A stretch of 64,000 bases of DNA, from assembly GCA_016748015.1 (NCBI GenBank), contig JAAOMT010000294.1:376864-440863 (forward strand). The letters are read 5' to 3'. Of the stretch, positions 24,578 through 36,805 are shown piece by piece. Position 1 is the stretch's first letter. Every line of letters begins with the position of its first letter. Below the pieces are notes generated by a model. That model was not told where the DNA came from. It worked only from the letters and a program-made list of their open reading frames with translations, and ran no database searches. This DNA is from Geosiphon pyriformis uo1 (taxonomy: Eukaryota > Fungi > Glomeromycota). Position numbers and translations under genes: made by a program.

Positions 24578-27042
24578 TAAAAAATCAAGATACATGTATT
24601 ATTATTATTAATTAAATTATTTTAGTTAATGGTGATAGCTCACTCAATTTAGTAAAGCTTAGTGTTTAAGAGTTTTAAAACCCTGCATTTAATTATTGAA
24701 TATTTGATCAAATAATTTCTTTCTTAACAAGGAAAACAAGTATCATGAACGCATTTAGGATAACTTCAAGATTTTTCCTTTAGAAAATCTTTTGCTGGTC
24801 ATGTTTCTAAAAATTCTTGACACTTTGTAATAAATAGTCAACCCTTTTTTTTTTGAATATCATTACTTAATATAAAAATAAAAATTTGTAAACAAGAAAA
24901 TTTCCATTTTCTCTTTATTATTAGAAATAAATATATTCACAAAGAAAAAAAGATATTTTATTAAACTTGAAACAATATTCAAACTTAATTATCGAATTGT
25001 AGTAAAAACAAAAACCCTTAATTAGAAATTACTTTGTTGGTTTTCAACAATTAAAATTCTAAACAAGTTCAAGATTTTAACTTTTCAAATATAATAGTTT
25101 TGAAATATATTGTAATTTTTGTAATATTTCATTTATTCTTTCTTTCTTTCTTTCTTTCTTTTTTTCTTTTTTTCTTCAATTTTTTTCCTTTCTTCCGATC
25201 TATTAAATTACTCATGCAACCAAAAAAATTCTATTCATATCAAGATATAAAATTTAAGTTAATCGAGAACTTTAAGAGATTAATATTAGGTAGAAAAAAA
25301 AAGTTTTTACATGAATTCATTAGTCAAAAAAAATTTTAAAAAATTAATTTTTGTACAAGAAAACATTTTAAAATGTTTAACTAAGATATTTTGTGTTCAA
25401 TTATATTAGCATATTTTTCAAAAAACTCATTATTTGAAATTTGGGTTTAACCTATTTCAAAAGAAAAATATTATAATCTCTCATGCTATTAAGAAAGTGA
25501 AATAATTTATGCAATACTTTGATATTCACGGTTTATATTTTATAAAACTATCAAATCATGTCTTTTTATTCAATATTCATTCCATACATATACATACATT
25601 AATAAAATAATTTTTGGATATGCTAAAGACTTTTAAAATTAATCGAATTGCTAAACCATCTTAGTCAAATCTGGTATTTTAGAAAATTTAGATTATAAGA
25701 TTCTGATTCAGTTTAATACATTGATGATAAATTTTATCATGTGAAAATGTAAATATTCTCATCAACAGGGAAAGCAAAAAGGTATCTTTCTCATTAGTTA
25801 AATCATACTGCGAAGATTTTCTAAGATTGATCATTAATTATTTTTAGATTTAAAAGTATTCCCCTTTGAAACCAGTTAGAAAATTGCGCAAACCAGGAGA
25901 TTGAGAAATTGCATCACTTTATCACATACAACTTTTTCAATAAAAAAAGGATCGGAAAGCGTCACGGCGTCGATATTAAATATTGTAACCTAAAGAAGAT
26001 AAACTGGGGATCTTAGCATGGAAGTTGTACATAATTAATATTGCATGATCATGACTTGAAAGGAAATATTGAAACGTTCTGAATAAAAAGAAGAAAGAGT
26101 AAATTAATCAAAGAATATCTTTGATATCAATAATGATATAATCAAAGAATCTTATATTATATTTAAAAATTTCCTTGTTTGTACCTACAGCCATTTTATT
26201 TCATTAATCTATAGTCACATTTTCATCATACTTTCACTTAAAATTTTTATCTTTCTTTTCCCTTTTTACTCATTCTCATTATCATCTTTCTTAAGAAATT
26301 CTCATCTTTCCAAAAAGAAATTTCTTTATAGTACCAATTAAATTTAAATCACCCACATGGAGGATTAAAAAACAATCTTAAAAAAAACACAGTTATTCCC
26401 CGTAATTGTACATCAGTATCATGTAGGGGAAAATTCAAATTGATGATTGCCTATCACGTTTAATTTTAATAATAGATAATTTAAAAATTTAAAATTTGCC
26501 AAATTTTTGGTTGGGTCTTGCTTCTTTAAAATACAACCCATTTTCTGCTTTATTCAAATTGTGGATATTTTTACATTTTTCATTTTATTTGTGCCTTTTT
26601 TTAATAATTTCTCCGCGTTTCAGTAGTACATAATTTCAAATTTCATTTTACCAAATCTTCTTGTCCTATTAGTTATTTAAGCGTCGAGTATCATAAACCA
26701 AACAATTTCTATAAATAAAAAGGGTTGACATGAATCCTCAAGTTCTTCACTCTCATTCTTTCTCACTCGTACTTTCCCCTTGTGTTTTTCTTCTTTTTCA
26801 TAGAAATTTTAGATTTTGCCGTTTAGAAAGAAAAACATTTCATTAAATTTCGCGTTTTTTCACATAACCATTACCTCCCTCTCTCTCTCTCTCATTTCCC
26901 CCTTATAATAGAAAAAGGAATTTGTACATCCTTTAGAAATAAATAAAAATTCAATTAACCTTTTACATCTTTTCATCAACAACAAAAAAACAACAACAAC
27001 AACAACAACAACATCATCATCATCATTACCCAACATTTAAAA

Positions 27043-28722
27043 ATGGCACGTAAACTCACCTACTTCGCTATTTTCTCACTTCTCTCTCTCGCCATCACCA
27101 CCACCATCGACAAAGTTGAAGCACGTCCAGTGCGTCGTCATGCTCCCTCAGGTGGAAATGGAAACAACAATGGAAACGTATCCGGTATTGGAAACTGCAA
27201 TGGTTTCGGCGTTTGTAATGATAACGGAAACGCAAACGGCAATGATAATGCCGCTGGTAGTACTGGAAACGGTAATAATAACGGCAACATTTTAGGTCTT
27301 GGAAATTGTAATGGATTCGGTGTCTGTCAGGATAATGGTAATGCAAATGGAAACAAAAATAATGGTGATAATAACGGTAGCGGAAACGGAAATATTTTTG
27401 GTGTCGATTTGAAAAACGTTCAAGCTAAGGGAGCTAGCGGAAATGGAAACGGATCTGGAAATGGAAATAAAGGAAATAATAACGGAAACACCAATGGAAA
27501 TAATAATGCCGGAGTTGGAAATGGAAACGGATCTGGAAATGATAATGTTGGCAATGCAAATGGAAACAAAAATGGAAATGCCAATGATGGAAACGGAAAT
27601 GGAAATGGAGCCGGTAATAAGAATGTTGGTGATCAAAATGGAAACCTTAACGGAAATGAAAACAAAGGTAGTTCCAATGGTAACGGTGTCGGTAACAAGA
27701 ATATTGGTAATCTGAACGGAAACGTCAACGGAAATCAAAATGAAGGAAATGCCAATGGTCTTGCCAACGGAAATGCCAATATTGGTGATAATAACGGTAA
27801 CGCCTCAGGAAACCAGAACAAAGGTGATGCCAATGGTATAGGCAATGGAAATTTCAATCTAGGCAATCAAAACGGTAACGAAGGTGGAAATGCCAATAAA
27901 GGAAATTTCAATGGTATTTTGAACGGTAACGAAAATAAAGGTGATAACAACGGCAACGTCAACGGCAATGCCAACATTGGGGAACATAATGGTGAAGGAA
28001 ACGGTTCAAATAACAAGGGTAGCGATAATGGAAACACTAACGGGAACCAAAATGTCGGAAAATGGAATGGTGCCCACAATGGCATTGAAAACAAGGGTAA
28101 TTCCAACGGAAATCAAAATGGAAACCAAAATAAAGGTGATTTCAACGGTAAAAAGAACGGACAAAAGAACCATGGTAATGCCAACGGTAACCTTAACGGA
28201 AACCAAAATAAAGGGAATCATAACGGAAAAGAGAATGGTGTTAAAAACAAAGGCGACGCCAATGGAAATGCCAACGGAAACCAAAATAAGGGTAACAACA
28301 ATGGCAGAAAGAATGGCCAAAAGAACAAGGGTAACGCCAATGGAAACACCAACGGAAACCAAAATAAAGGTAACTGGAACGGAGCTGAGAACGGCATCAA
28401 AAATAAAGGTGACGGAAATGGCAGTTTGAACGGAAATCAAAATGTTGGAAATTTCAATGGTAAAAAGAACGGACAAAAGAATAAGGGAAACAATAATGGG
28501 GTTGCTAACGGAAACCAGAACAAAGGAAACCGCAATGGCACGAAAAACGGAACCAAGAACAAGGGTGATTACAATGGAGTTCTTGATGGAAATAATAACA
28601 TTGGCCATAAGAATGGTAATAAAAATGGAAACAAAAATGAAGGCTCTTACAATGGTATCTCCAACGGAAACTCAAATACTGGTCACAATAATGGAAATAG
28701 TTCCGGAAACGATAACATCTAA
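27043..28722 (+). CDS. Secreted Gly/Asn-rich tandem-repeat protein (33 x 13-aa GxxNGxxNGxxNx), single exon
   Basis: 559-aa ORF with signal peptide (…VEA), a dibasic RR, two CNGFGVC-containing N-terminal repeats, then residues 131-559 as 33 contiguous 13-mers. Synonymous codon variation between repeats argues for real coding sequence. Confidence 0.9.
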   Translation: MARKLTYFAIFSLLSLAITTTIDKVEARPVRRHAPSGGNGNNNGNVSGIGNCNGFGVCNDNGNANGNDNAAGSTGNGNNNGNILGLGNCNGFGVCQDNGNANGNKNNGDNNGSGNGNIFGVDLKNVQAKGASGNGNGSGNGNKGNNNGNTNGNNNAGVGNGNGSGNDNVGNANGNKNGNANDGNGNGNGAGNKNVGDQNGNLNGNENKGSSNGNGVGNKNIGNLNGNVNGNQNEGNANGLANGNANIGDNNGNASGNQNKGDANGIGNGNFNLGNQNGNEGGNANKGNFNGILNGNENKGDNNGNVNGNANIGEHNGEGNGSNNKGSDNGNTNGNQNVGKWNGAHNGIENKGNSNGNQNGNQNKGDFNGKKNGQKNHGNANGNLNGNQNKGNHNGKENGVKNKGDANGNANGNQNKGNNNGRKNGQKNKGNANGNTNGNQNKGNWNGAENGIKNKGDGNGSLNGNQNVGNFNGKKNGQKNKGNNNGVANGNQNKGNRNGTKNGTKNKGDYNGVLDGNNNIGHKNGNKNGNKNEGSYNGISNGNSNTGHNNGNSSGNDNI

Positions 28723-30160
28723 TTTTCAATGATCCTTCATTAGCTGCTAAATTGTTTTTTCTTTATATCCTTTTATTCCTGAATATTTTTCTTTTCCTTA
28801 GATTTCAAATTCCATTTTTCTGTATTGTAAAAAATGAATTCGTTACTGACTATCACAACCGAGGGTCTTTAGTGCATTACTGAAAGGCGTATCATAGAAA
28901 AGAAAATAAGGAATAAAATTTTCATTAGCAATTAGTTTACTCAATCCTGATATCGTCCAAACCTATTTTTCAAAACCTAATTTCTCTTAAAGATAATCAA
29001 TCAATTTTGTATATAATTTAATAAATATGATGCGTGATATTTGACTTTGTTTTTGATGAAATTTCAGCTGACAGGGAGTCCAATAACAATATCTTTAAAA
29101 ATTAACTCCATATTGTCGGAGATGATTGATTGTTTATTCATTCCTAAAGACTAGAACTAAATCAACTCCTACAGGCCTAGGATCTAATTTAAGCGTTGGT
29201 CAATATGTTCGTCCGCAAGGGACAACCTTGAAAAGCTTTTCGATAGTAAATCGTCGACTGATGACTGATCACTTATTATAAAGTTGGCCAGCGAAAGTTT
29301 AGAATCCGAAAAATTTAAGTCAACTGTTACCTATGACTCAGCAGCGAGATAAGCAGAATTACTTGATCTTTTCTGTTTTATAAAGAATGATTGGCAATTA
29401 AAATTCTACTTAGCGACTTGATCTCCAATATTTATGTTTTACATATATGTGGTGACTACCTGATAAACTTGTTTTCTCTTATGTTTGAATGCTGAAACTA
29501 AATAAATAAGCAAAATGTATGTGGTCTAGTGCAATTCTTCAATACCGGTGTTTTAATCTTTTTTTTATTTTTACCTAAATAAAAGAACAACTTTAAAGAT
29601 TTTCTACCAAACTGAGAAAATCAGTTTTTGAATATATATTGTCTACGTTATCTTGTATGAAAAAAATTATTTTTTGTATTTAACCTTTTTAAGTTTCAAG
29701 TTTAATCATGCTAATTTTTCTACTCATAGCTAAGCGATATCTGACTTAAGATTTCTACAACTTTAGAGTGCTAAAAAAGCTTTGCACACAATGTACCTTT
29801 TTGAAATTGTTTATTGCCGGGGCATTTTTTATCATCAATCGGCTGATAACGATTTTTCACGCGAATTTTCTAAAGTTTTAAGCCTTTAAGCGCCGGTCTT
29901 GCCTATTTTAGAATGTATCGAGGTTCTCACTGAGCACAGGCAAACATACTAGTCATTAGTAGTTTATTTTTGATTAGTATATTTAAATAAATAAACGTTT
30001 TCGGGCTAATATCGATCCTAACTTGGGATGAAAATCTTGAATAACATCACTTGTGTTTGACCGCATTATTGCAAGCTTTCTTGCATCCCCCGAACCTTAA
30101 TATTACACAATAATGATTTTTATTTCATAACTTTGAGATAAAAAGCATCAATATAAAAAA

Positions 30161-33100
30161 ATGGCGCATAAAAAAAATACTAAAAGCTACACTCGCCTGC
30201 ATGAATCAATGGAACACTTAGAAATCTCAATTGGTGAACCGGTTGGTTATATTTATTGTGGTCATAAGGAATTAAGATTTCCTTTCTCAACAAATCTTTT
30301 GTATTTTCAAGAGTAAAAAAGATAAACCAGAAAATCCCATTGAAAACCTTGCTGAAAGAGTCCTTCGAAAAATAAAGAAAAAAGCACCTTTATCCACTGA
30401 TGTATTCGCAAGAAATGGGGTGACCGAAATTGAATTGGAGAATCCTGATCGCATAGTGTACTTACTTGATGGGGAAGATGCCTCGCTTTTCTATCGAATG
30501 AACGATTGGAAAACTAGCAATCCCAAAAAATCGCTTTTAGACATGATGGATGATTTTGGTAAAAAATCTTTCAAAAATTTTCCAAGAAAAGTGAAATACC
30601 AAAAAAAATAAATTCACGCACCTCTCTAACTGGAAAATTTCTGGTTGCAGAAACTGATAAAAATTCAGATGCAATTGCTCGAATATTGTTTGATTACCCC
30701 TTTCCGGATTTTATTCTTAAGTATTCTGATGAAGAAGATGGACAAGAGTTATTGAAACGAATAAGAAAACGTCGAAATTTCGAAACCTTGCTTTTAATGT
30801 CGGGTTTAGTAATAGAACATGAAGATGATATTGATCACAACAACACCTATGTAAAGATATGGGCACCATTCAACTTGTTATGTGAAGAAGCTCATAAATT
30901 GCGAATAAAAATGCCTTTAGATGTAAGTCGCTTAAGAGTTTCTGATGCATACTTCAAGTTTCTACATTCATGTTGGCCGGGTACACTTAGACCTCCAAAT
31001 TACCAGACATCCAAATTAAAAGCTACGTGCCGCAATGTTTTGGATGTATAACTAGGCGATTTACGCGACAAATAGATTTCCGAAAAGAATCAGCTGTATT
31101 CAAAAAAGAGAAATTGCGCCAGTACCGAGGTGCGGAAGCGAAGAAAAGATGGAGTGATATTGTGCTTACATTTTGGACTGGCGCCAAAAGAAATTATTTG
31201 GTAAGCCACCTTTTTTCCTGATTTATTGCTAAAATAAACTTCTAAATTTATTTCCCTTCTAGACCCATCATATTATAATAAACTCTAACCAAATTCAGAT
31301 GGAAGGGCACGATGAAAATGGAAAGTCAGACTTACAAAAGCAAAGAATCAGATCATTGGCGATCAAGAAATTACTCAAAGAAGGCACTTATTCTGAGTTT
31401 TTCCCTCTTCATGATGGTCCACCGTACGAAGAGTCTGTTGATCAAAATCCAACCAATCTTCGTGCGAAACTTTTTAAAACTTGGGTGAAAAGTGTCTCAA
31501 ATCAGCCTCTTGAAGACATTAGGGACTATTTTGGTGAAAGATTGACCCTCTATTTTGCATGGCTTGGTATCCAAATTTAGAATTTTTTGCTTCCTTTGTT
31601 TCATTCAAAGATTGTTTTTTAAAGGATCGTATTCATATCTGCTCTTCAGGGTTCTATACAACTTGGCTTACAGTTGCTGCAACACTGGGAATTATTACTG
31701 TTTTATATGGTTTAATTGAGACCGTAAGGTGATAAATACGTTTGTTCAGACAACGTTCTCGGAAGAAAAACTAGGCATTAAAGATGTTTCATTTATAGGA
31801 CAAATGGCTTCAGCCATGGTATTGAGGGTATATCTAAGATTTGGGACAATGCACTGACCTTTCCTTTTGCCCTTATAATGTCTATTTGGGGTATATTCCA
31901 ATTTGATCCTCGATTTGCTTTCAATAAATCACAGCCTTTATATTTAAACTGCCTATTTTCCCATTTCAGCTACATTTTTCTTAGAGACCTGGAAACGATA
32001 CAATTCAGCGCTTGTTTATGATTGGGATACGTCTGATTTCGAAAAAGAGGTTCGTTAACTTACACTGAAATGTATTTTTTGGACTTTTATTAAAAGTGTT
32101 TTGCTCTGTTGAACTCACAGGAACAACCTAGGCCTGAATTTGTTGGAACTTGTAACTATTATTTGTAACCACTATATTTTATTTGATTTAAGATTTTGTA
32201 TATTGATATTCCTTTCATTCGTTCAGCCGTTCGTATTTCCCCTATCACTTTTAAAAAGGAAATACATTTTCCTTTCCCAGAAAGATTTAAAAAAGTTTTC
32301 ATATCTACTACTGTTGTAGTTATTTCGGTAAGGATAACATATTACAAAGCCTAATTTTAAAATATTTATGTGCTAAGAAAACTCAACTTCTAGATTTGCA
32401 TTGTTACTGTTACGATTGGTGTTCTCTTAAAATTTTCGAAAGTCTGGATTAAGGTTGGAATTTGGAGCAATGTTGTTACTAGTTTAGTTAATTTGGCAAC
32501 AGTCTTAATCTTGAACACGGTAGGCTTATTTTAATCTCTCTTGCCTTAGCACATTATAATTAATTGACTTGATATCTGTTGTAGTGTTATGGTAAAATTG
32601 CTGAATTCCTTACCAACTTTGAAAACCATAGGACCTCTACTAGTTATCAAGGTATATTTAAAATTTGTTGAAAACTTAGAGATATATATGGTGCATCTTT
32701 GCACTTGTATTTTAAATTCTCTAATTATGATTACTTTTCTGGTATTTAGACTCTCTTACTCTCAAAACATATTTGTTTGATTTTGTGAATTTTTATTCTG
32801 CTCTGTTTTACATACTTTTGTTTAAGAAGGTAAAAAAGAAATATAACTCTTTGTAGATTCCCTTGGTTTTTTCAACGTTTGAATTTTGAGACCACAAAAA
32901 TTCTATTTAATACATTATTCAGCTTCTTCTCCGAGATGAAAACCAAGATGCTTGTGAATACCATAGCTGCATTACCGAATTGACCACTCAACTCGCTATT
33001 ATCCTTATTGGTAAACAGACATTCGGACAAATCCAAGAAAATTTAATCCCGTAAGTTTCAAAGTCTCGTTATTCGAAAACTGTTTTCTCGATTCAATATT

Positions 33101-34144
33101 TTAACATACATAATCAATGTTTTCCAATACATATTTATGAAAGATGGGCCCTGAGCAAATATCATAGAGCTTCTGCGGAACAGGAATATCAATTGCTTAA
33201 GCAAAAATATTCCGAATCTTCAAGACCATCCGGGGAAATTCCACAATGGGTAAATGATGCAAAATTGGTTGCAGTTCGCGATGAGGTTCATTCAGAATAT
33301 CAGGAGATGGGTATTTATCTTGAGGTTCTAGATCCAGTTTTCTGATATTTCATCAATTTAATTAAAACTGATGGCCAAAATCTTTCATTCGGAAGTTGTT
33401 CAATATGGATTTATATCCTTGTTCACGGCAGCTTTCCCTCTGGCCCCTTTTTTTGCTTGGATAAATAACATATCCGAAATTAGAATGGATGCTCTCAAGG
33501 TATTCAAATACATTTTTCATTTCTATATATCCAGTAAATCTAAGTCGAATTATTTTGCAAAAACAGTTCATTCAATCGTTGCAAAGGCCTGTGGGATATC
33601 AAGCTCAAGATTTAGGGATGTGGGAACAAATTTTAAATTTCATTTCACTATTGGCTGTCATCACAAATGCAACAATAATTGCGTTTCACTCGAATTGGAT
33701 GCGCGACGTTTTCATGGATTATGTCGGTGATAACGAGGAGAAATTGCTTGCCGCCCGGCTTGGATTTATTATAGCCTTTGAAGTATTTCAAATTACAATT
33801 TAAACTCTATTCATTTAAAAGTTTCAAGGGAACGTTTTATTTATTAAAAACTTTTAAATTTAAAACAGCATTTCGTCTTCCTGATTAAGATTTTATTCGC
33901 CTATTTCATTCCCGATGTACCAAAATCCGTTCGAATCGCAATCGAACGGGAACGTTATATGGCACGTGTTGCACTTGAAGATTATGATCCAGCCGCTGAT
34001 GAATTACCCGAATCACATATATGTGAGCATTTCTTCACGAAAGAAGGAGATCTTGTAATTCCCAAAAGCGACCCATTTCCTCCCGTAACAGTCATGCTAC
34101 AGAATTTCCAAGATAAATCCACTAAACTTGCTTGTGATATGTGA
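30161..34144 (+). CDS. Anoctamin/TMEM16 calcium-activated chloride channel or lipid scramblase (many introns)
   Basis: Motifs [117 protein letters not shown]. Start ATG at 30161 is inferred. Confidence 0.92.
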
Positions 34145-35834
34145 TGCAGCCCTGCAGAAAAGACAATAAAAAACAGGAACTTGATAATTTCCGGGATTTA
34201 GCATCGAATTGGATGTCCTTGTATTAAACATACAACATTATAAAAAACGGGAATTTCAAATTTTTTTGATTCGCTTTGAAGCTTTCATATTTTGTCTGAA
34301 AGACCATAAGAAGTACTTTAAGTTTAAAGTTATTCAAGTACATATATTTTTGGTAGGTTTTTCATATCTCGTATAATTCTTTCACCTCTTTTCTCTAGGG
34401 CAACAAACTTTTGTATAATATTTCCATTTTCAAATTTATTGGCTTTGCTAGAAAAACGAAAAAAATAAATAAATGTACCATTTTTTTAAAAACACAAACC
34501 ATTAATCTAAAAAAAAATATAATGTTGCTGGGAAAAAAATCCAAGTTTTGATTATAACTAGCAGGCCTCATATCAGACTGGAAAACTTTGTCTTGGAAAA
34601 ATCCGTTGAGCAATAAAAATCTCGGCCTTATTTTATTTGTTTCAATATTTGTCACTTCTATACCAACTCTAAGGAAAAGTTTTTCTAATATGTTTTAGGA
34701 GAATAGCAGCTTGAATTTGACAGGCATGGAGCTAAACAATTTAGGAAAAATTCTTGGTTTCAATTCTCGAATATTAGAGGGCTGAGGTTTAGGTTCGGAG
34801 TCTTGACTCAATAAGTTTCACCTTTTTGAGAGTGAAGAAACCTTACGTGTAATTTTTGCTGTATGAACTGGTGCATTATCTTTTTGTAAGTTGTTAGTGA
34901 TAGACAATTCCAGTAATTGAACCCTCCAATGGGCCTAAACCAATCAAACCTAAAACATGACTGAGGGACTATGCTTTACAGTTAAATCAATTCAACCCTC
35001 ATGATATTTTTCAGTTGGTGTTAGTCAAACTCGACCTCAACCAGATTTTGAAAATTGAGAAAGGGAAATTCATTTGACCAAATTACTTTATTCCAGTCCA
35101 GCATCCAATTGTTGTATTTTTCAGTAAAAACAAGCCTTTACATCTTGTTTGCAACAGAAATAAATGGCTTTGGACGTGAAATACAAGAGCAATTCGTTTT
35201 TTAAAGCTTTCTCTTGAAACTTCTTAACCTTTAATTTGCTTTGAGAAAAGCTGATCAAACTAAATCGTCAGTATTCTATATCTTGAAAAAGTGTTATTAT
35301 TAATTTCTCATGCTTTAGATTGGGCAGCCTGGATCGTTTTGTTAGTGGAACTTTATTTGGGTGAGAACATTCTAAATTCAACAATTTTCTCTTGTGTAGC
35401 ACCAAATTCTTGACGTATAATAATGCTCTCTTTTGTTCAGAGTGATGTTTTTGGTAAGATTCATTTTGTGCGGTAAAAAGGGCTACTCGCGAGAAAATTT
35501 GAACCTTAAGAATTCGCCAATTATCCTGTTTTTAAACAAAATCACAACAGCTTCCATTGAGGCGTTCTCATTCATCCATTTTGGTGTCAATTGACAAACC
35601 AAATATGGCAACATAAGATATTCAATATTTTTTGTCAACAGAACCAGGCTATTATCGAATTTTGAAAATGATGAAACTAAAATTTTTTTTCTTGAAATAA
35701 ATTAAATTTTAAATATTGTCTATTTTTATAATGACAAATCTGTACATTCAAATTTTAATTGACCAATTATATAACATCAAATCTTACAAATGCCGACAAA
35801 CCGTTCAATATTAGAAAAGTGTTTCAATCGCGTT

Positions 35835-36805
35835 TTAGGGTAGGTACATCGCGTCTCTATTGTACTCTGCATACTCATTGGATTTACTGTTTCTTGAATT
35901 TTTAGCGAGTTTCATCCCGACTATTAAGGCCGAAGCAGGGAAAAATACTGCCAAAAATCCGATCATACCAACAGCAATAAATGGACCAATTGAGTTCAGT
36001 ACAAGTGACCTTCCTGGAAGTGCATCATCAACTTTTTTTTCATTTTCTATATCAGATTTAGTATTTGAGTTGGAATCAAAGGTTGACTTTGCTGTTGGCT
36101 TGGGTATTTTTTTCGGTGTCGGAGGATCAGAAAATGAGGAAGAGGGTGAATTTGTTTCAAAAATTGTGGTATTTGGTTTAATTGCGGTTTTTGTTGATGT
36201 TGGCTCAGATTTTGAGATTGAGGTTGATGATTTAGGTGAGGATTTTTTTGTGGATGATGTAGAATGTCGATTTTTCAAAATTTCTTCATCTTTAACAATT
36301 TCAAACTTTAGTTTTTCTCCATGGCTAGCTGGTTTCAAAATGGGTCCTGTTAGTTCTTGCGGAAGGGATTGATTATTTTTTGAATCATCAATGTGATAAT
36401 TACTATGGTGATTTTTGTTTGAATTCTTTGAATGGGTGAGATGTATGAAAGTTCCAATCTTAAAGTCTTCCTTAGTAGCCTTATTATTATTATTTAAACC
36501 AGCTGAATTATCTTGTTTGTTTGTCTTCTTGCGTGTTGTTCCTATCGCTGATAAAAATTTTTGTTTCCAAGCAAAAATAAGTATTTCTACAGATTTCAAA
36601 AATTCCAATCTGCTTTCTAAAGATAGAATTCTGTAGACTTACCATAAGAACTTGGCAATAAAATAAATAAATCTAAGACTAATATGCAAAAGAAAAATGA
36701 GCACCAACCAGGGTGAATTTTTCTAGATCCAAAAACTTCCTCTCTCGTAAAGTTTATTTTTTTCTTCATAAGATTTTTGTCGTCGTTATTCTTTATATTA
36801 ATCAT
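35835..36805 (-). CDS. Ser/Thr/Pro/Lys-rich single-pass membrane protein (2 exons)
   Basis: Exon 1 36805-36643 has a hydrophobic stretch (WCSFFFCILVLDLFILLPSSY). A GT-AG intron 36642-36548 splices in frame to AIGTTRKK. Low-complexity ectodomain, TM IGPFIAVGMIGFLAVFFPASALIVGM, and a short Tyr-containing tail. Confidence 0.72.

Noticed and set aside
27433-28719. 39-bp periodicity as a possible CRISPR-like array
   Set aside because: The repeats are degenerate at synonymous positions, have no unique spacers, lie within one ORF, and the context is eukaryotic.
27095-28732. Several overlapping alternative-frame and antisense ORFs (METEME..., ISVSI...)
   Set aside because: They are shadows of the GGN-AAY codon pattern of the Gly/Asn repeat gene.
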